DNA of 64,000 nt from Lepidodermella squamata (Eukaryota > Animalia > Gastrotricha). Location: contig JBLDXI010000105.1 of NCBI GenBank assembly GCA_047495785.1, positions 62,001 through 126,000 of the forward strand, written 5' to 3'. Positions 14,066 to 26,429 of the stretch are shown here, piece by piece (positions within the stretch are counted from its first letter, which is position 1; each line of letters begins with the position of its first letter). The notes under the pieces are model-generated. The model saw only the letters and a program-made list of their open reading frames with translations, was not told the DNA's origin and did not search any database. The position numbers and the translations under genes are program-made.

Positions 14066-14511
14066 CCGTATTTCATCGATTAATAGCCTCCCTCGAATAA
14101 AAGCCCCCTCGAATAATAGCCCGAAATTTTAGGCTATTTTGAGCATTTAAAAGTAAATAATAGCCCCCTCGAATAATAGCCACGCCATGCCTTGTCCGAA
14201 GCAGGTGGCGCGCTGGAGGAGGGAGGAGGAGGGGAAAAGCTGTCCTAATTGCGTCGCCTTATACTGCCAAGCGGATTAAAGGTGGTGGACGTAAGCCGTT
14301 GTTTGTTGATGCCGAGGATTAATTAGCAGCATGGGTCAAAAAACATAGAATTCAACAGCGCAAACGACTTGCGATGATGAAATTTGCCAATTACCGATAA
14401 ATAATAGCCCCCCTCGAATAATAGCCCCCTCGAATAATTGCCTCTTTTTTTGGACCATTTTCGGAGTTTCGGAAAAAATAGTAGCCATGGCTATTATTTG
14501 AAGAAATACGG
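14066..14511 (+). mobile_element. pogo-derived MITE carrying a transposase remnant
   Basis: TA-flanked TIR CCGTATTTC..GAAATACGG and internal AATAGCCCCCTCGAATA repeats. Internal peptide KRIKGGGRKPLFVDAED*LAAWVK resembles the pogo/CENP-B HTH region. Confidence 0.8.
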
Positions 14512-15034
14512 TATTGCAAAATTGATACATTATGAAGACCTAGCTATCAGAAGTATTTGTATAGTGCCAATTGAAAAAAATAAGTTACTGGTATTTAGCA
14601 GGAAATCTACCACCGATCTCGCAAATCCAAGCTAACACGTGTATTTAGTTTCAGGGGTCCGCGGTTTTGGAAAGGGTCTCGGAGGTTTTCTGAGGTTGAG
14701 GGGTCATACTTTTTTATTCTAAATTCGCGTGTGGGTATTTTCAGCCCGAATTTATCTGACCAGAGGGTCCCATCTGTGATATTTTTGTGGTTTTCTTGTC
14801 TGGACCTCTCGAGGTGGGGGTACGATAAAACCCCGTACCACCGTACCCCGGTAGTTCGCACGCCGTTCGCAAGTAAACGACCAATAATAGCGGCTCCTCT
14901 AAATTTATTGGCTGCATTGGACACACTAGATTACCCTCGTCCATCATCCGAAATCAAATAAGCCTTGTAATACTTGCTGCTTTGCTTCTCTAGGCACTAG
15001 TGAATTTCTCAATTCAAAAAGTTCAAAAGTCATC

Positions 15035-16734
15035 ATGACAGCTTTTGAGGACAACATCAAGTTGGTTTCTCAAATTAACCAACCGCCTCAGCGCCTTTGC
15101 AAAGTATGCGGTCTCGTAGCGACGAAACGTCCCGCTTACCAACCGCGAGCCTGTGCTGCTTGCGAAAAGTTTTTCAGACGCAGTGTCGAACGGTGGCAAT
15201 CACTGGAATGCAACCACACTTACGCGAGTGCTGGCGATCCGCCACCTAACTCGAATATGCGGCGTAGCATGTGCAAGAAATGCCGGTTCGAAAGATGCAT
15301 CCGAGCTGGCATGAGAAGTGAGTTTACACAACATTTATTTATAAGGAGCATCTGTGTTCCGAGAGCAAGGTGAGACTTTCAGAGTGATGGGGATATCATC
15401 CGAACGGGCGAAAAAATGAACATTTTGTCCGCTGTTGGTGCCACGCGGCTACTCTGAGTTGGAAAATAATTCGCAATGAACGCGGGTGAAATCTCGATAG
15501 GTTGGAAATATGTTGTATTTTTATTGCGATCAAGAGAAGCTTTCTCTATTTGACAAAAGACTCATTCGTAGATGATCAATAATTATTCCTTATTCCTAAT
15601 TATTTATTCCTCTAAATTTCAGATACTTGGAAACTTACAAAACATTTTATCTAGCTGTGTCTAGTTAAAATTAGATTTTCAATTGATCCGTCTCCCGTCT
15701 AAAATTGTTATTAATTTTAATTGTTAATCAAGGTAAATTTCTGACACGCCCCGATATCAGAAATGCATCCAAGCAGGCGATTGATGTATGCCCATCGTCA
15801 TCGACTGGTTTCGTAGTGGAAAATACGTTGAAAAGAGCTATCGATATTCAACTGTTGCTTCTCGACCTAGAAAACGTATTTTCACTGCCAATTTTAGTTT
15901 TATTGAGACAAATGAAATAGTTACCTCTTAGTTACCACTGAAGACCACCTCTCTTGAGGAGTTATCTTGCAACTCCCAGGACATCTCGAAGCTGTTCTCT
16001 AGCACAATGGCTGGCTTTTTTCGGGTGGCTCAAACGTTTAGCGATCAAATGCAAGGTATGGTCTCAGAACTTGAAAAATATGTCTTCATATGTGTATTTC
16101 CAGCTTATTTTTGCTTGTCCGAATGTGAATTGCAGAGCCTTAGAGCCAGCAATTGGTGGAGCGTTGGGGTAGCCTACTCATCTCTGCCCAACAACACCGG
16201 CAGACTTATGACTAATCCCAGTGTCCTACCATTATTCCTTGCCACTTTTCCAGAAGCTCAGGTGATTCACTTGAATCTTGAGGTCCGATTTCGACAATAG
16301 CTTATCGTTTATTTTCTTTTAGCCGGCAAAAAATGCTGAAAAGAAATTGGCAGAAGCCATGAGCCAATGGAATCCCAGCCTCATCGAAATAGCTCTACTG
16401 TCTTGCCGCCTGTTTCTCCGCCGTGTGTGATTCATCTAGCAATATATAGATAAATGGCTTAATTTTTATGTGAATAGGTACTGGCGATTGCGAGTCATCT
16501 GGCATTAAAGCAGCGCGAAAGCGTGTTGGAATAGCTTTCGAATTGATGTGCTACAAATTGCACGGCTCGAACGCCCCGAAAGTCATGCGATACGTAACCA
16601 ATCTTGAATCTCTCATCAGCCTCACGTGGCGAGTTGCCTTCGATTGCTGCGCCGTGCTTATGAAACGACTCGCAGCCTCGTCCAGCTCGAATGAAATTGC
16701 TATTAGCAACAAGCAAATGCTCGATTTGATGTAG
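15035..16734 (+). CDS. R4: divergent nuclear receptor, E-type, 354 aa
   Basis: Exons 15035-15317, 15733-15875, 15932-16055, 16104-16261, 16323-16422, 16478-16734 are in frame. Confidence 0.9.
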
Positions 16735-17161
16735 ACTGGAAAAGGCTGACTGGAAAATTCATGCTAAAATATGTACAGCTCATCGCCTGGACCGTGAAAC
16801 CAGCCGTTCATTGAGCGGCCTTTGAAATGAATTAATAAAGAACTGCTCATTAGCTGCCGTTACTACGAAAAAAACCACACGGAAATAAGTATACATAGAG
16901 CTCAGAAGATCGTGCGTAGATCCAAATTTTACCATTTACCATACCATCTGAGTCGGACCCAAAAGGTCTCTCCCAGTGTCAAATTTAGGGCTACTTTTAT
17001 ATGACTGGGTAAAAGACAATGCTTCATAATCTATTAATAATTACTCGGAATTTATGGGATAATAAAAATCCACTCGTGCAATAATAACTTGTTAGAGAAC
17101 TTCTGCCGTAAAATGAAAATGAAACATTTATTATTATAAAACAAGTAATGCGTAATGTCTT

Positions 17162-18691
17162 TCACATCTTGTCAATCACACCGAGCGTGAACTTGATGCC
17201 GAGTGCCCTTTCGTCGTGGCTAACTGAAGCCTCGAGTTTCTTCATAACTGCGACGCTGCAATCGTCAATAACTCGCGAAGTGAAGCCGATGAGGTTTTCA
17301 GCTTCCGAAACCTTCTTCATCACTTGCGCCATTCGTTGGCCGTGCAGCCTGTGGCAGATCAAAGCAAAAGCCGTATCAACACATTTCCGCGCTGCTTTCA
17401 CGGCAAGTGACTCATCACAATTGCTAGCACCTTCAAATACAACGTAACTGAGTATAGAAATGATTATTCAAGGTTTAAGGCAGTATTATACCTCGCAGAA
17501 ACAGGCGGCACGAGATCAGAGCTATTTCGATGAGGCTTGGGTTCAATTCGCTCATGGCTTCCGAAACTTGGCTCTCAGCAGCTCTGGCCGGCTGTAAAAG
17601 AGATATATTTGATGCGAATAGTGGGAAAAGTGTCAATTTTACCATAACTTCTGGAAAATTGTCCAGAAGACTGGGTAAAACACTGGAATTGGCTAAAAGC
17701 CCGCCGCTAGTGCTCGGTAGAGACGAGTAGGCTACTGTGACGCTTTTCCAGTTTCGAACTAGCAGCGATTGCACATCAGATTCGCTCAAGTTGAAATTTT
17801 CTAATAACTGCAAATTTTGAAAAACAACAGTGTTACAAAAAATCGAAGCCATACCCAGCATTAGGCAGCCAAACTTTCGGCCGAGGTGAAGGAATGCTGC
17901 CATGTTGACGAAAATAAGCTTTCTAATGAACTCAAAATCGCACATGTGAGCATCTACAAAGGTGCTCCTCGTCGGCAGCTGTTGAAATGATGATCTGTAG
18001 AACGCATTCATTAGTGAAGATGAGCTTTAAAATACCTGCTCGAGGCCGTGAAGAAGCAGTTGAAGGTCAATGGCTTTTTCCAGCGTATGCTCAACTATAA
18101 AACCATATTTTGGCGATGGGCACATATCAACCCCCAGATTTTGTTCGACTTTGAATTCCGCATTCGTCAGATATTTACCTTTGAAGCATGAACAGTTACT
18201 GATATAACAGTAATTTCCTAATCATCTCATTTTGATGTTTTGTGTTCAATTTCTCATCCTTTTTGTTGTTGTAAGTCTAGTAACATTTAAATAGAAAGAA
18301 TTTGAGCCCCAGAAAGAACGGCGTGCTTCTACAACCATGGCGAACAGCCGAAATTCGCAAATGCTAATCTAGCTCCCAGATTCGGAGTATCTCGCCTGAG
18401 GATCCGAAATGTAAATCAATCTGAAATGCTTAATTTACTTTTTAGACCAGCGCGAACGCATGCTTCGAATCGGCATTTCGAACAATCAAATTTGCACCAA
18501 TCTCGAGGACTTTTCGCTTTTGCCAAAGCCGTTGCATGAAAGTCGTGGTTGCACCTCAACCGCTGCCATTTCTCACAGTTGCGGCGGAAAAATTTCTGAC
18601 AAGCCGCACAGGTTCGGGGTTGATAACAGGGGCGAGGTGGCACAAGGCACCCACAAACCTTGCATATTGCTATTGAATTAAAAGATGTCAT
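17162..18691 (-). CDS. R5: divergent nuclear receptor, Q-type (CAACQK), 348 aa
   Basis: Exons 18691-18439, 18178-18036, 17978-17855, 17800-17643, 17591-17492, 17430-17162. Clearest LBD signature of the set: FNLSESDVQSLLVRNW. Confidence 0.9.
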
Positions 18692-18824
18692 CTATCAAAA
18701 CATAACGATTTCAATTCTAGAACTTGCATCCAAAAAAGCGCATAAAATAGCATGCACAATAGGCATACTAAACTCACATTGTCGGAAATGTGGGTGATTA
18801 CTACGCTGCATGCAATAGGTATAC

Positions 18825-18920
18825 GGCTGCGTTTTAGCGTAATCGATAAAATGGCAGGTGATGCACGTTGACGTAGAAGTATACAGTGGGCAGAAGAAAC
18901 TAGGCTGAAATGACAGTGCG
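18825..18920 (-). promoter_or_regulatory. Conserved upstream module of Q-type receptor genes
   Basis: TAATCGAT..(G/A)CAG..GATGCA and AGGCT(G)AAATGACAGT; one or both motifs recur upstream of R7 (30985), the DBD pseudogene (32085), R10 (43596, 43653) and in part R11 (57032). Confidence 0.55.
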
Positions 18921-20766
18921 CCGCTTTTATTTTCTCCAGGTATGATGTGCGGTTTTATGTGATCTATGATGCGAGGTAGCGATTTCTCTTTGGAATCGTC
19001 GCATCTCAATCGACATCATGTCATAGACTTCAAACGATCTGAGTATTCAGCACCTTCAGTACTCGAGTAATACAGATAATTGTGATGAGTCCCCTGGCAG
19101 CGCGAAGGCAGCGCGAAAGGCAGCGCGAAAGCGCGTTTACCATCGAACAACCCGAACAATTTAATTTGGCCCCTTTGTTCACCTGATTTTGAGCACTTGA
19201 GGAGTTGTTTCGGAGCTGTTCGGCTGGAAATTTCTCAAAAACAGGCGAACAAAGGGTCAATCAAATTGTTCGGCATTGTTCGAATGAGTCAAAATGATTC
19301 TGAGGTAGATCCGCACGGTATATTCGTACAGTGGAATTTTCCGCACGTATTATCCGCACGCATAGAATAATGAGTGATGGAAATTTTCCGCATGGCGTTG
19401 GTGTTGCGTAATCGACAAAAAATTTGGAGCGGCAATTCCCGCACGCCACAAGCTTAACCCGTTGGTCACCGTATCATTCTTGTCAATTTATCCCTTTTTG
19501 TTTGATGAAATGGAGCTTAAGTGCGATATATGCAATAATGGAAAGACTTATGCTCCAACTAGAGGTCTCCCGTCTCGCTATTCACAAAGATAACGCGCAT
19601 AAGCAACTACAACAGACGCCGTCGAGTCAACAATGTAAGATCAGGCTATTATTTGATCTCGAGTCCCATTATAAATTCCACTTCTACAGCAATAAACGAG
19701 TCTTCCTCTGACACCGGCCGGTCATTTATCGCCTCCTCTTCAAATTTGTTACCCCCGGCACAACCTGAAATTTCATTCGCCTTACATGAGTCCAACATTG
19801 AGCCTAGATTGGCTTCAACGCCCATGCCTGTTCCTCCGATTCCATCTGTGGTTGCACCTCCTTCACCCCACGACGTCTACGGCAATGGTTTCCGCACCAA
19901 TAACTTTTTAGAGGTTGGAACAGCCATGTCAACAAAGTCGCACACGGTTTCCACCTTAATGTGTCGCGATTCTCTAATTTCCATATTCGCGAACACCGGA
20001 TCACAACATCTCGTCTTCGGCGGCTAACTATAAGCTGTCGAGAAAGAGTGTATATCAGAACGTAACAGATCGCATCAAGGCCTTTTGGGCTGAATTGGCT
20101 AACGCCCCAGCACTGCAGAACAACGCCGAACACATGGGTTGAAAATGTCTGGGTCACTGATTTCAAGAGAGTAGATGGCTTAGTAGTGAGAGAGGCTGGG
20201 TTAGGAGTGTGAGAACGATGGTTCAACTCCCACAGCCCTCGCAGATTTTTATTTTTTTTGCCTGAAATTATTTTCCTTGAAGAATTCCGAACAAGTCCGA
20301 ACAAATTGGCGTTAAAAAACCGAACAAGTCAGTACAATTCGATTTCACCCCTTTGTTCGGCAGACATTTTCAACATTCTCGATGAGGTCGACATTGACGC
20401 CACCAGTGATGATGAAGGCACTGATGATGAAGCTAGCGCTATTGCTGATATGAGGGACAGCTCAAATTGTGATGATTAAAACTTGCATTTATTCTTTAAT
20501 TTCTCGTGCGGAAAATAAAATAAAAGTTGTGTGGAAAATTCCACTCAAATTGAAGACTGCGGTTAAATTCCTATTTAAATCGTGCGGAAGGTTCCAGTCC
20601 AGATGCGGAACATTCCACAATATCGGGACCTACTGACTCAGAAACTGACTCGGACATAGTGAAGTTTTATGGTTAACATGACCCTGTTTTACCTGCATTT
20701 TAAATCTTAATATTCTCCACATTGACTGAATTCTGTCTTCCGCTCTCAATAATCACCAATGTCGTC

Positions 20767-21141
20767 CATGAGACGTACCAGGACTATATTTCAGGTTCGA
20801 AGGTCGTTGTAGCTAAAAATTACCTCATTAGCAGCGATCGTTATTTTTCTTCTGCGACCAGCAAAATATCGCATTCATGAAAATCACGTATTTACGCAAA
20901 GATAAGCTTTTAGCGGTGGCCTGAAGATCTCGATCTTAAAGAAAACGGGTCGCGAAAAGATCAGTTATACTGTTTTCAATTTTAATTATTATTATCGATG
21001 GCAATTTTATTTGTTAATAAATAAAAAATTCGCTAACGAAAGCAATTATTATGCACACTTATGCTAAACACATCACGTGATTTTTTACGCAAACCCCGAT
21101 AACGGAAGCTACGAAGCCGCTGCGTCCTGGTACGTCTCATG
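20767..21141. mobile_element. Non-autonomous DNA transposon (P-element- or hAT-like)
   Basis: Perfect 18-bp TIR CATGAGACGTACCAGGAC; 8-bp TSD ATGTCGTC. A solo TIR-like copy lies at about 35764-35781. Confidence 0.85.
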
Positions 21142-21159
21142 ATGTCGTCCACATAGTTA

Positions 21160-21470
21160 CAATCTACCAGTGGGTTGAATATTGAAGTCATCGACATACG
21201 CAAATACAGCCGAACTGCCACTGCAACAAGAGCTGGGTTAAAATAGCTTGCGACCGGCTGGGAATCGGACCCAGTAGGGCCTTCGAATGTCCTAAGGGTT
21301 GAACCGTTCACCAGATATAGCCTAGCCATATATGCTGGTAGAATTTACTAATCTTGACAGCAGATGGTACTTCGTGATTGAAGCCGCACTGCTCCTACTC
21401 GATTGAACTGAAACGGTATTTATTAGTTTCGCCTCTTTGAATTCAATCTGAAAGTAAGGCTGCTTGTGGT
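21160..21470 (-). pseudogene. Frameshifted discoidin (F5/8 C) fragment paralogous to the last exon of the 46050-53994 gene
   Basis: KQPYFQIEFKEAKLINTVSVQS..ITKYHLL / NGSTLRTFEGP..VASYFNPALVAVAVRL / VDDFNIQPTGR aligns to QPFYQITFTVMKIVSAVIVQC..ITKYHLM..NGSRLRIFDGP..ISYLSPYPLLTMAVRLVIDDFNVAPYGR, with two frameshifts. Confidence 0.8.
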
Positions 21471-22262
21471 ACGCAATCAACTCCGTTGAGGTCGTTTCGC
21501 GTGAAATCGGCAGTGACCCATTTTTTGTTGGGGGATTGGGGGATTATCAGGGCTTGGGGATTTTTGCCGTAATTTGTTCAATTAAAGTGCTAACTCGAAC
21601 TTTTTTCATGCTGATGATTCAATGCCCACAGTAAATCGATGATCTATCATCACTGTTTAACACGTCAGTCTATACTAAATATCCCAGGATATTTTATTAG
21701 GGCATGTATGAGCTAAATTAGCAAGCACCTGTCAAGTGTTTGCTTTTTGAAACACAGACCACAGACGACAGCAGACATGATAATGGCGAGATCAACAACA
21801 CCTACTACATAATGTATAGCTTATAGCTGATAGCGCAGGCATAGCTTCCTCCACTAGCAGGATGCTCTGCCCCTCATTCAAGTGCTTATTAAAGCTTCCT
21901 TATAGGGCAGACGGCAGACATCGATGTGGCGTATCCAGCTGTATTCTGTACACTAAAGTCTGTGCAAAATGTTGATGAGTCGAATTAGCGGTTGAGTGAA
22001 CCATTAAACAGCTTTTAGTGTTACTCCGTAATTGCATTCAAGCAGCACATTTCCCTAACAATATTTGAGAAAACACAGAAAGTTCATTGATTTGCCCTAG
22101 TTCAAATACTGTTCCAACCGCGACAGCGAGAAATGCATAGCCATGACCTCTTTTTGCCTCTCTTCTCTCTTTGTAGCTTAGCTAGGACCGATACATAGCT
22201 AAGCCAATACGTAATTCGTCGTTATCCCAAAACTTAGGCTATAGTGGAACATCTGACACCTA

Positions 22263-23229
22263 CCGTCATTCGGGGCTATCGCGGGATACGGGGCTATTCG
22301 GTAAAAAGTTTATTCAATTAGTAGAATAAAGCTTACTCAAAAACTATAAAGTCAAAGTCGATAAATTTTTGCACGGAGCTACCTCGATAGATGACTCTTA
22401 TTCTATCAAAAGTATGAGTTCAAAGAGTAAACGGTTCTGAAGCTGCAGACTCACCTTTTAGGTGTAAGTTTAACTCAAGAAAACCCCTGTGTTGCATTGA
22501 ATTACCTGGACCGGAATAGATCATTGCGAGGCTCTGGACCAATTTCTTCTGAATCTACGGACGCTTAGGACCTTTGGAAAATTTGAAACTCCCCGATCCG
22601 ATGCATACTTTTGTCAAATTAATTGATACCGAATAGCCCCATCGAAAAGCGAAGTTGAAGGGTATTTCTTTTAACATGATTGAATATTCTAATGAGCTGG
22701 GTTGTTGGTATGTTTCTCGGTAAATTACGCCGACTTTGAATTTAAGATGCTTGATAAACTTGTAATTAAGCTTTATCGGGGAAAGGCTGATAATGCATTT
22801 GGCAATGAAAATTAAAAATTAATTGATTTACTGCGAATAAAGGAAAAACTGTCTAATTAAAAGCCAACTATTTGCATGGCATAAGTTTGTTTGCATAAAA
22901 ACGGCTGTTATTTTGCTGTAGAAAAAAATAATTTAGGCAAAAAAAACCTAAAAAATGAACCCTTGTGGAATCGAACCGCTGACCTTTTAATGATCTCGCC
23001 ATTGACAACTGTGATAAAAAACCACTCGGCCACACGTCCTTGCTTATTTACTAATATTAAGATGTCTATATATGTGTCAATAATAGCCCCACACATTTCC
23101 GAATAGCCCCATCCGTGGGGCTATTCGGAATATGAGTGCCATTCGAATCAGGAGACTTGGAAACGTGTAAAAAAGCAAAAAAACCAGGGGCTCATTTTTT
23201 GACGCATACCAAATAGCCCCAAATGACGG
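22263..23229. mobile_element. TA-flanked Tc1/pogo-type non-autonomous element
   Basis: TIR CCGTCATT(C/T)GGGGCTAT..ATAGCCCCAAATGACGG, TA on both sides; internal CCGAATAGCCCC repeats. Confidence 0.8.
22957..23038 (-). ncRNA. tRNA-derived Pol III-like unit (pseudo-tRNA or SINE head) inside the MITE
   Basis: A-box TGGCCGAGTGG and B-box GGTTCGATTCC, followed by a T-run. The cloverleaf is degenerate. Confidence 0.55.
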
Positions 23230-23365
23230 TAGAGGACACCTTTAAGCAACGAAATTTCAGCCCTGTGGGCGGATATCTAGCTTTTTTTAACTTGACGGCC
23301 GAGCTCTGTTATCTCACCCAACACCCAACCTCTCGATCATTACAGAGCGTTGTTTTTTATTTAAG

Positions 23366-25553
23366 CTCATTGGGTGTTTTTTTTATTCGACCCGACTTGC
23401 CCGCGCCCGCACTGCCCGCACACGTTCATTAATTCCACCCAGACCGCCCGTACATCCACGGGCGCCCGAACACATTTTTTTATCCGCCCGGCTTGCCCGC
23501 ACTCTACACATCGCCCATAACGCCCGGCCTCTCAAGACCGGGCAGCTGCGGGAAAAATGATCACGCACGCGATTCGCAGCAGCAAAAAATTGCAAAAACA
23601 CTAAATACAAGTGATAAAGCAGTGCTATTGACTTTATTTCTGCTGCTGAATAATAATTCAGAAAATTATAAAAATAAATGCAAAATAATTATGCTCAATA
23701 AGAAGTACGGTGAAATCGCAGCGATTGACAAGCGATATCGGGTGGGTACTTCACCTCAATTTATCTCAAATGGTCCCACATTGGATTTGCTTTACATTAT
23801 TTTTGCTTCGCGGTATAGAACTGAGAGATGCGAAGTTCGGATCGCTTTTCATCATAGCCACGGGTATCGAATCACAATAGCAGTGGTAGAAAACTACTGA
23901 ACGTCTAAAACCATATCAATTATCCAATTTTAATAATGCTGCATTAAACAGCCGTTAATGAATATTATATCACATCTAAATAATTTAATCATTCATCGAT
24001 TATTATCTTCATCTTTTTCTGATTTTGGAGCTGCGTTTTAAAAACAGGTCTGCCTAAAAAACACGGACATTTTCGCAAAATTCGCAAATTTTGAATTCAA
24101 GATTCCAGCTATGGGAAATTGCGATAAGAAATATCATATGAAATCAAACACTACTTGGTCACATTTCAGGCTGTAGGCTGGAATATGCGAATAACATTTT
24201 CCCTTGGTTTGTGAGCATAGGCATGAATCAGCTATCGCAGTAAAAAATCGCGAAAATAAAGTTATATTAGCTCTAGAGCCCGATTACGTTTTTATACTCG
24301 CCCGTATTTCCCAGCTCGCCCGCGTAGAAGTTGTTTTGATAAAAAAACGTTTTCGGACCGCCCGCACAGCCCGGATTTTTTTATTCATGTCGCCCGTGAT
24401 GCCCAACTCACCGCGCGGAGGGTGTTTTTTTTTATTCGACCCGGCTTGCCCGCGCCCGCACTGCCCGCACACGTTCATTTATTCTGCCCAGACTGCCCGA
24501 ACATCCACGGGCACCCGAACACATTTTTTTATCTACCCAGCTTGCCCGCACTCTACACATCGCCCATAACGCCCGGCCTCTCAAGACCGGGCAGCTGCGG
24601 GAAAATGATCACGCACGCGATTCGAAGCAGCAAAAAATTGCTAAAAAAAAAACGTAGTGCAAGTGATTTTTATTCTGATGCTGAATAATGATTCAGGAAA
24701 TCATAAAATAAATGCAAATAATTTAAAAATGAATTATGCTCAATAAGGAGTACATTAAAATCGCAGCGATACAAGCAATCCCGGGTGGTTATTTCACCTC
24801 AATTTATCTCTATAATGGCCCCGCATTGGAATTGCTTTAAATTATTTTTGCTTTCCGCTATCGAACCGAGAGATGTGAAATTTGGATCGCTTTTCATCGT
24901 AGACTCGTGTATCGAATCACAATAACAGATAACAGTGGAGAAAAATACCGAAAGTCTAAAACCGTATTGATTATCATATGAAATCAAACTGAGCATTTAG
25001 AACATTTCATTCAATCATGCTGCAAATTTTCCATCAAAATTCACGGGAATAATCAAGTTAAACTGCAATAATGCGAAAAATATTTTCCCTTGGTTTTTGT
25101 GGGCATAAGCATGAATCGCCTATCGCAGTAAAAAATCGCGAAAATAAAGTTATATTAGCACTAGAGCCCGATTACGTTTTTTACTCGCCCGTGTTTCCCA
25201 GCTCGCCCGCGTAGAAGTTGTTTTGATAAAAAAACGTTTTCGGACCGCCCGCACAGCCCGGATTTTTTTATTCACGTCGCCCGTGATGCCCAACTCACCG
25301 CCCGGACGAAAAATCCGGGGAATAAAAAAATGTACACGCGCCCGCAAAGCCCGTATTTTTTTATTGCTCGCCCGTACAATCCGCCGGATCTCCCCGGGCG
25401 CAGTGGGGAATAAAAAAAAACACCCGGACGAAAAATCCGGGGAATAAAAAATGTACACGCGCCCGCAAAGCCCGTATTTTTTTATTGCTCGCCCGTACAA
25501 TCCGCCGGATCTCCCCGGGCGCAGTGGGGAATAAAAAAAAAACACCCATTGAG
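23366..25553. repeat. Compound GCCCG-rich TIR element with internal tandem duplications
   Basis: Ends CTCATTGGGTGTTTTTTTATTC..GAATAAAAAAAAAACACCCATTGAG. Contains two ~0.9-1.05 kb units (from about 23372 and 24421) plus two ~120-bp units (25301, 25423). Confidence 0.7.
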
Positions 25554-25820
25554 ATTGCGAATCAAAAATATCGTGCGCACGCGATTTTTCAAGTTTTTTG
25601 CTTTTACAAATACTAGAACCTATTGAAACCAATGAAAGTTGACAGAATTCGTTCCGGCTTATCTTATAATATGGCTAACCAGTAAAATCATCATAGCCTT
25701 AGCAACTAAGAAAAAACTAAGCGACGCACTTATGATTCATCGCCAGCTCTTTAACAGCCCTCTATGAAAGCAACCATCCGTAAATGCAAACGCCTGTCTA
25801 CCGACCCTTTGCATTTATGG

Positions 25821-26263
25821 CAGAGACTTTGATTTGATTTGATTGCGATTTGATTTTTTATTTGATTTAGGCCGTTATTTGATGATTTGATTTGCAAATG
25901 ATTTAGCCCCCATGATTTACTGATGATTTAGAGTATGCAACACTCTCGGAACTCCCCCTGTTGCTAAACATGAGAACCCACATTTGCCTCGAAAACACCT
26001 GTTTTCCAATGTCTAGAGCAATTCAACTACTTGTAGACTCATTCTGCCATAAACAACCTTAAAGTGTGAAAGAATCTCTAGAAATGTACCCTAATACTCA
26101 TACTTCACTGGGCGAAGATTTGATTTGATTTGATTTAGACTGGTCTGATGATTTGATTTGATTGATTTACCATGGATTTTTGGGGGATTTGATTTGAAAA
26201 GATTGATTTAACAAGACCTGTGATTTACTGAAGAAATCAAATCAAATCAAATCAAAGTCACTG
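25821..26263. mobile_element. hAT-type MITE with (GATTT)n repeats
   Basis: CAG(A/T)GACTTTGATTTGATTT TIRs; 8-bp TSD ATTTATGG. Confidence 0.85.
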
Positions 26264-26429
26264 ATTTATGGAGGTCACACTGTATTAGGTTCCAATAAAT
26301 ACAACGCTGTATTGAACGCAATGGTTTTTCCTTGTCGATCAACTCAAGCCAAAGCTAATATATGAAATCGTTGTTTTTTACTTCTCTAGGCTCAATTCAA
26401 TTTCTCAATTCAAAACCTCGAAAGCCATC

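Noticed and set aside
22957-23038. Functional tRNA gene
   Set aside because: The acceptor and anticodon stems do not pair properly; kept only as a tRNA-derived element.
25301-25545. Regular repeats as a CRISPR array
   Set aside because: The ~120-bp units are duplicated in full with no unique spacers; the context is eukaryotic and there are no cas genes.
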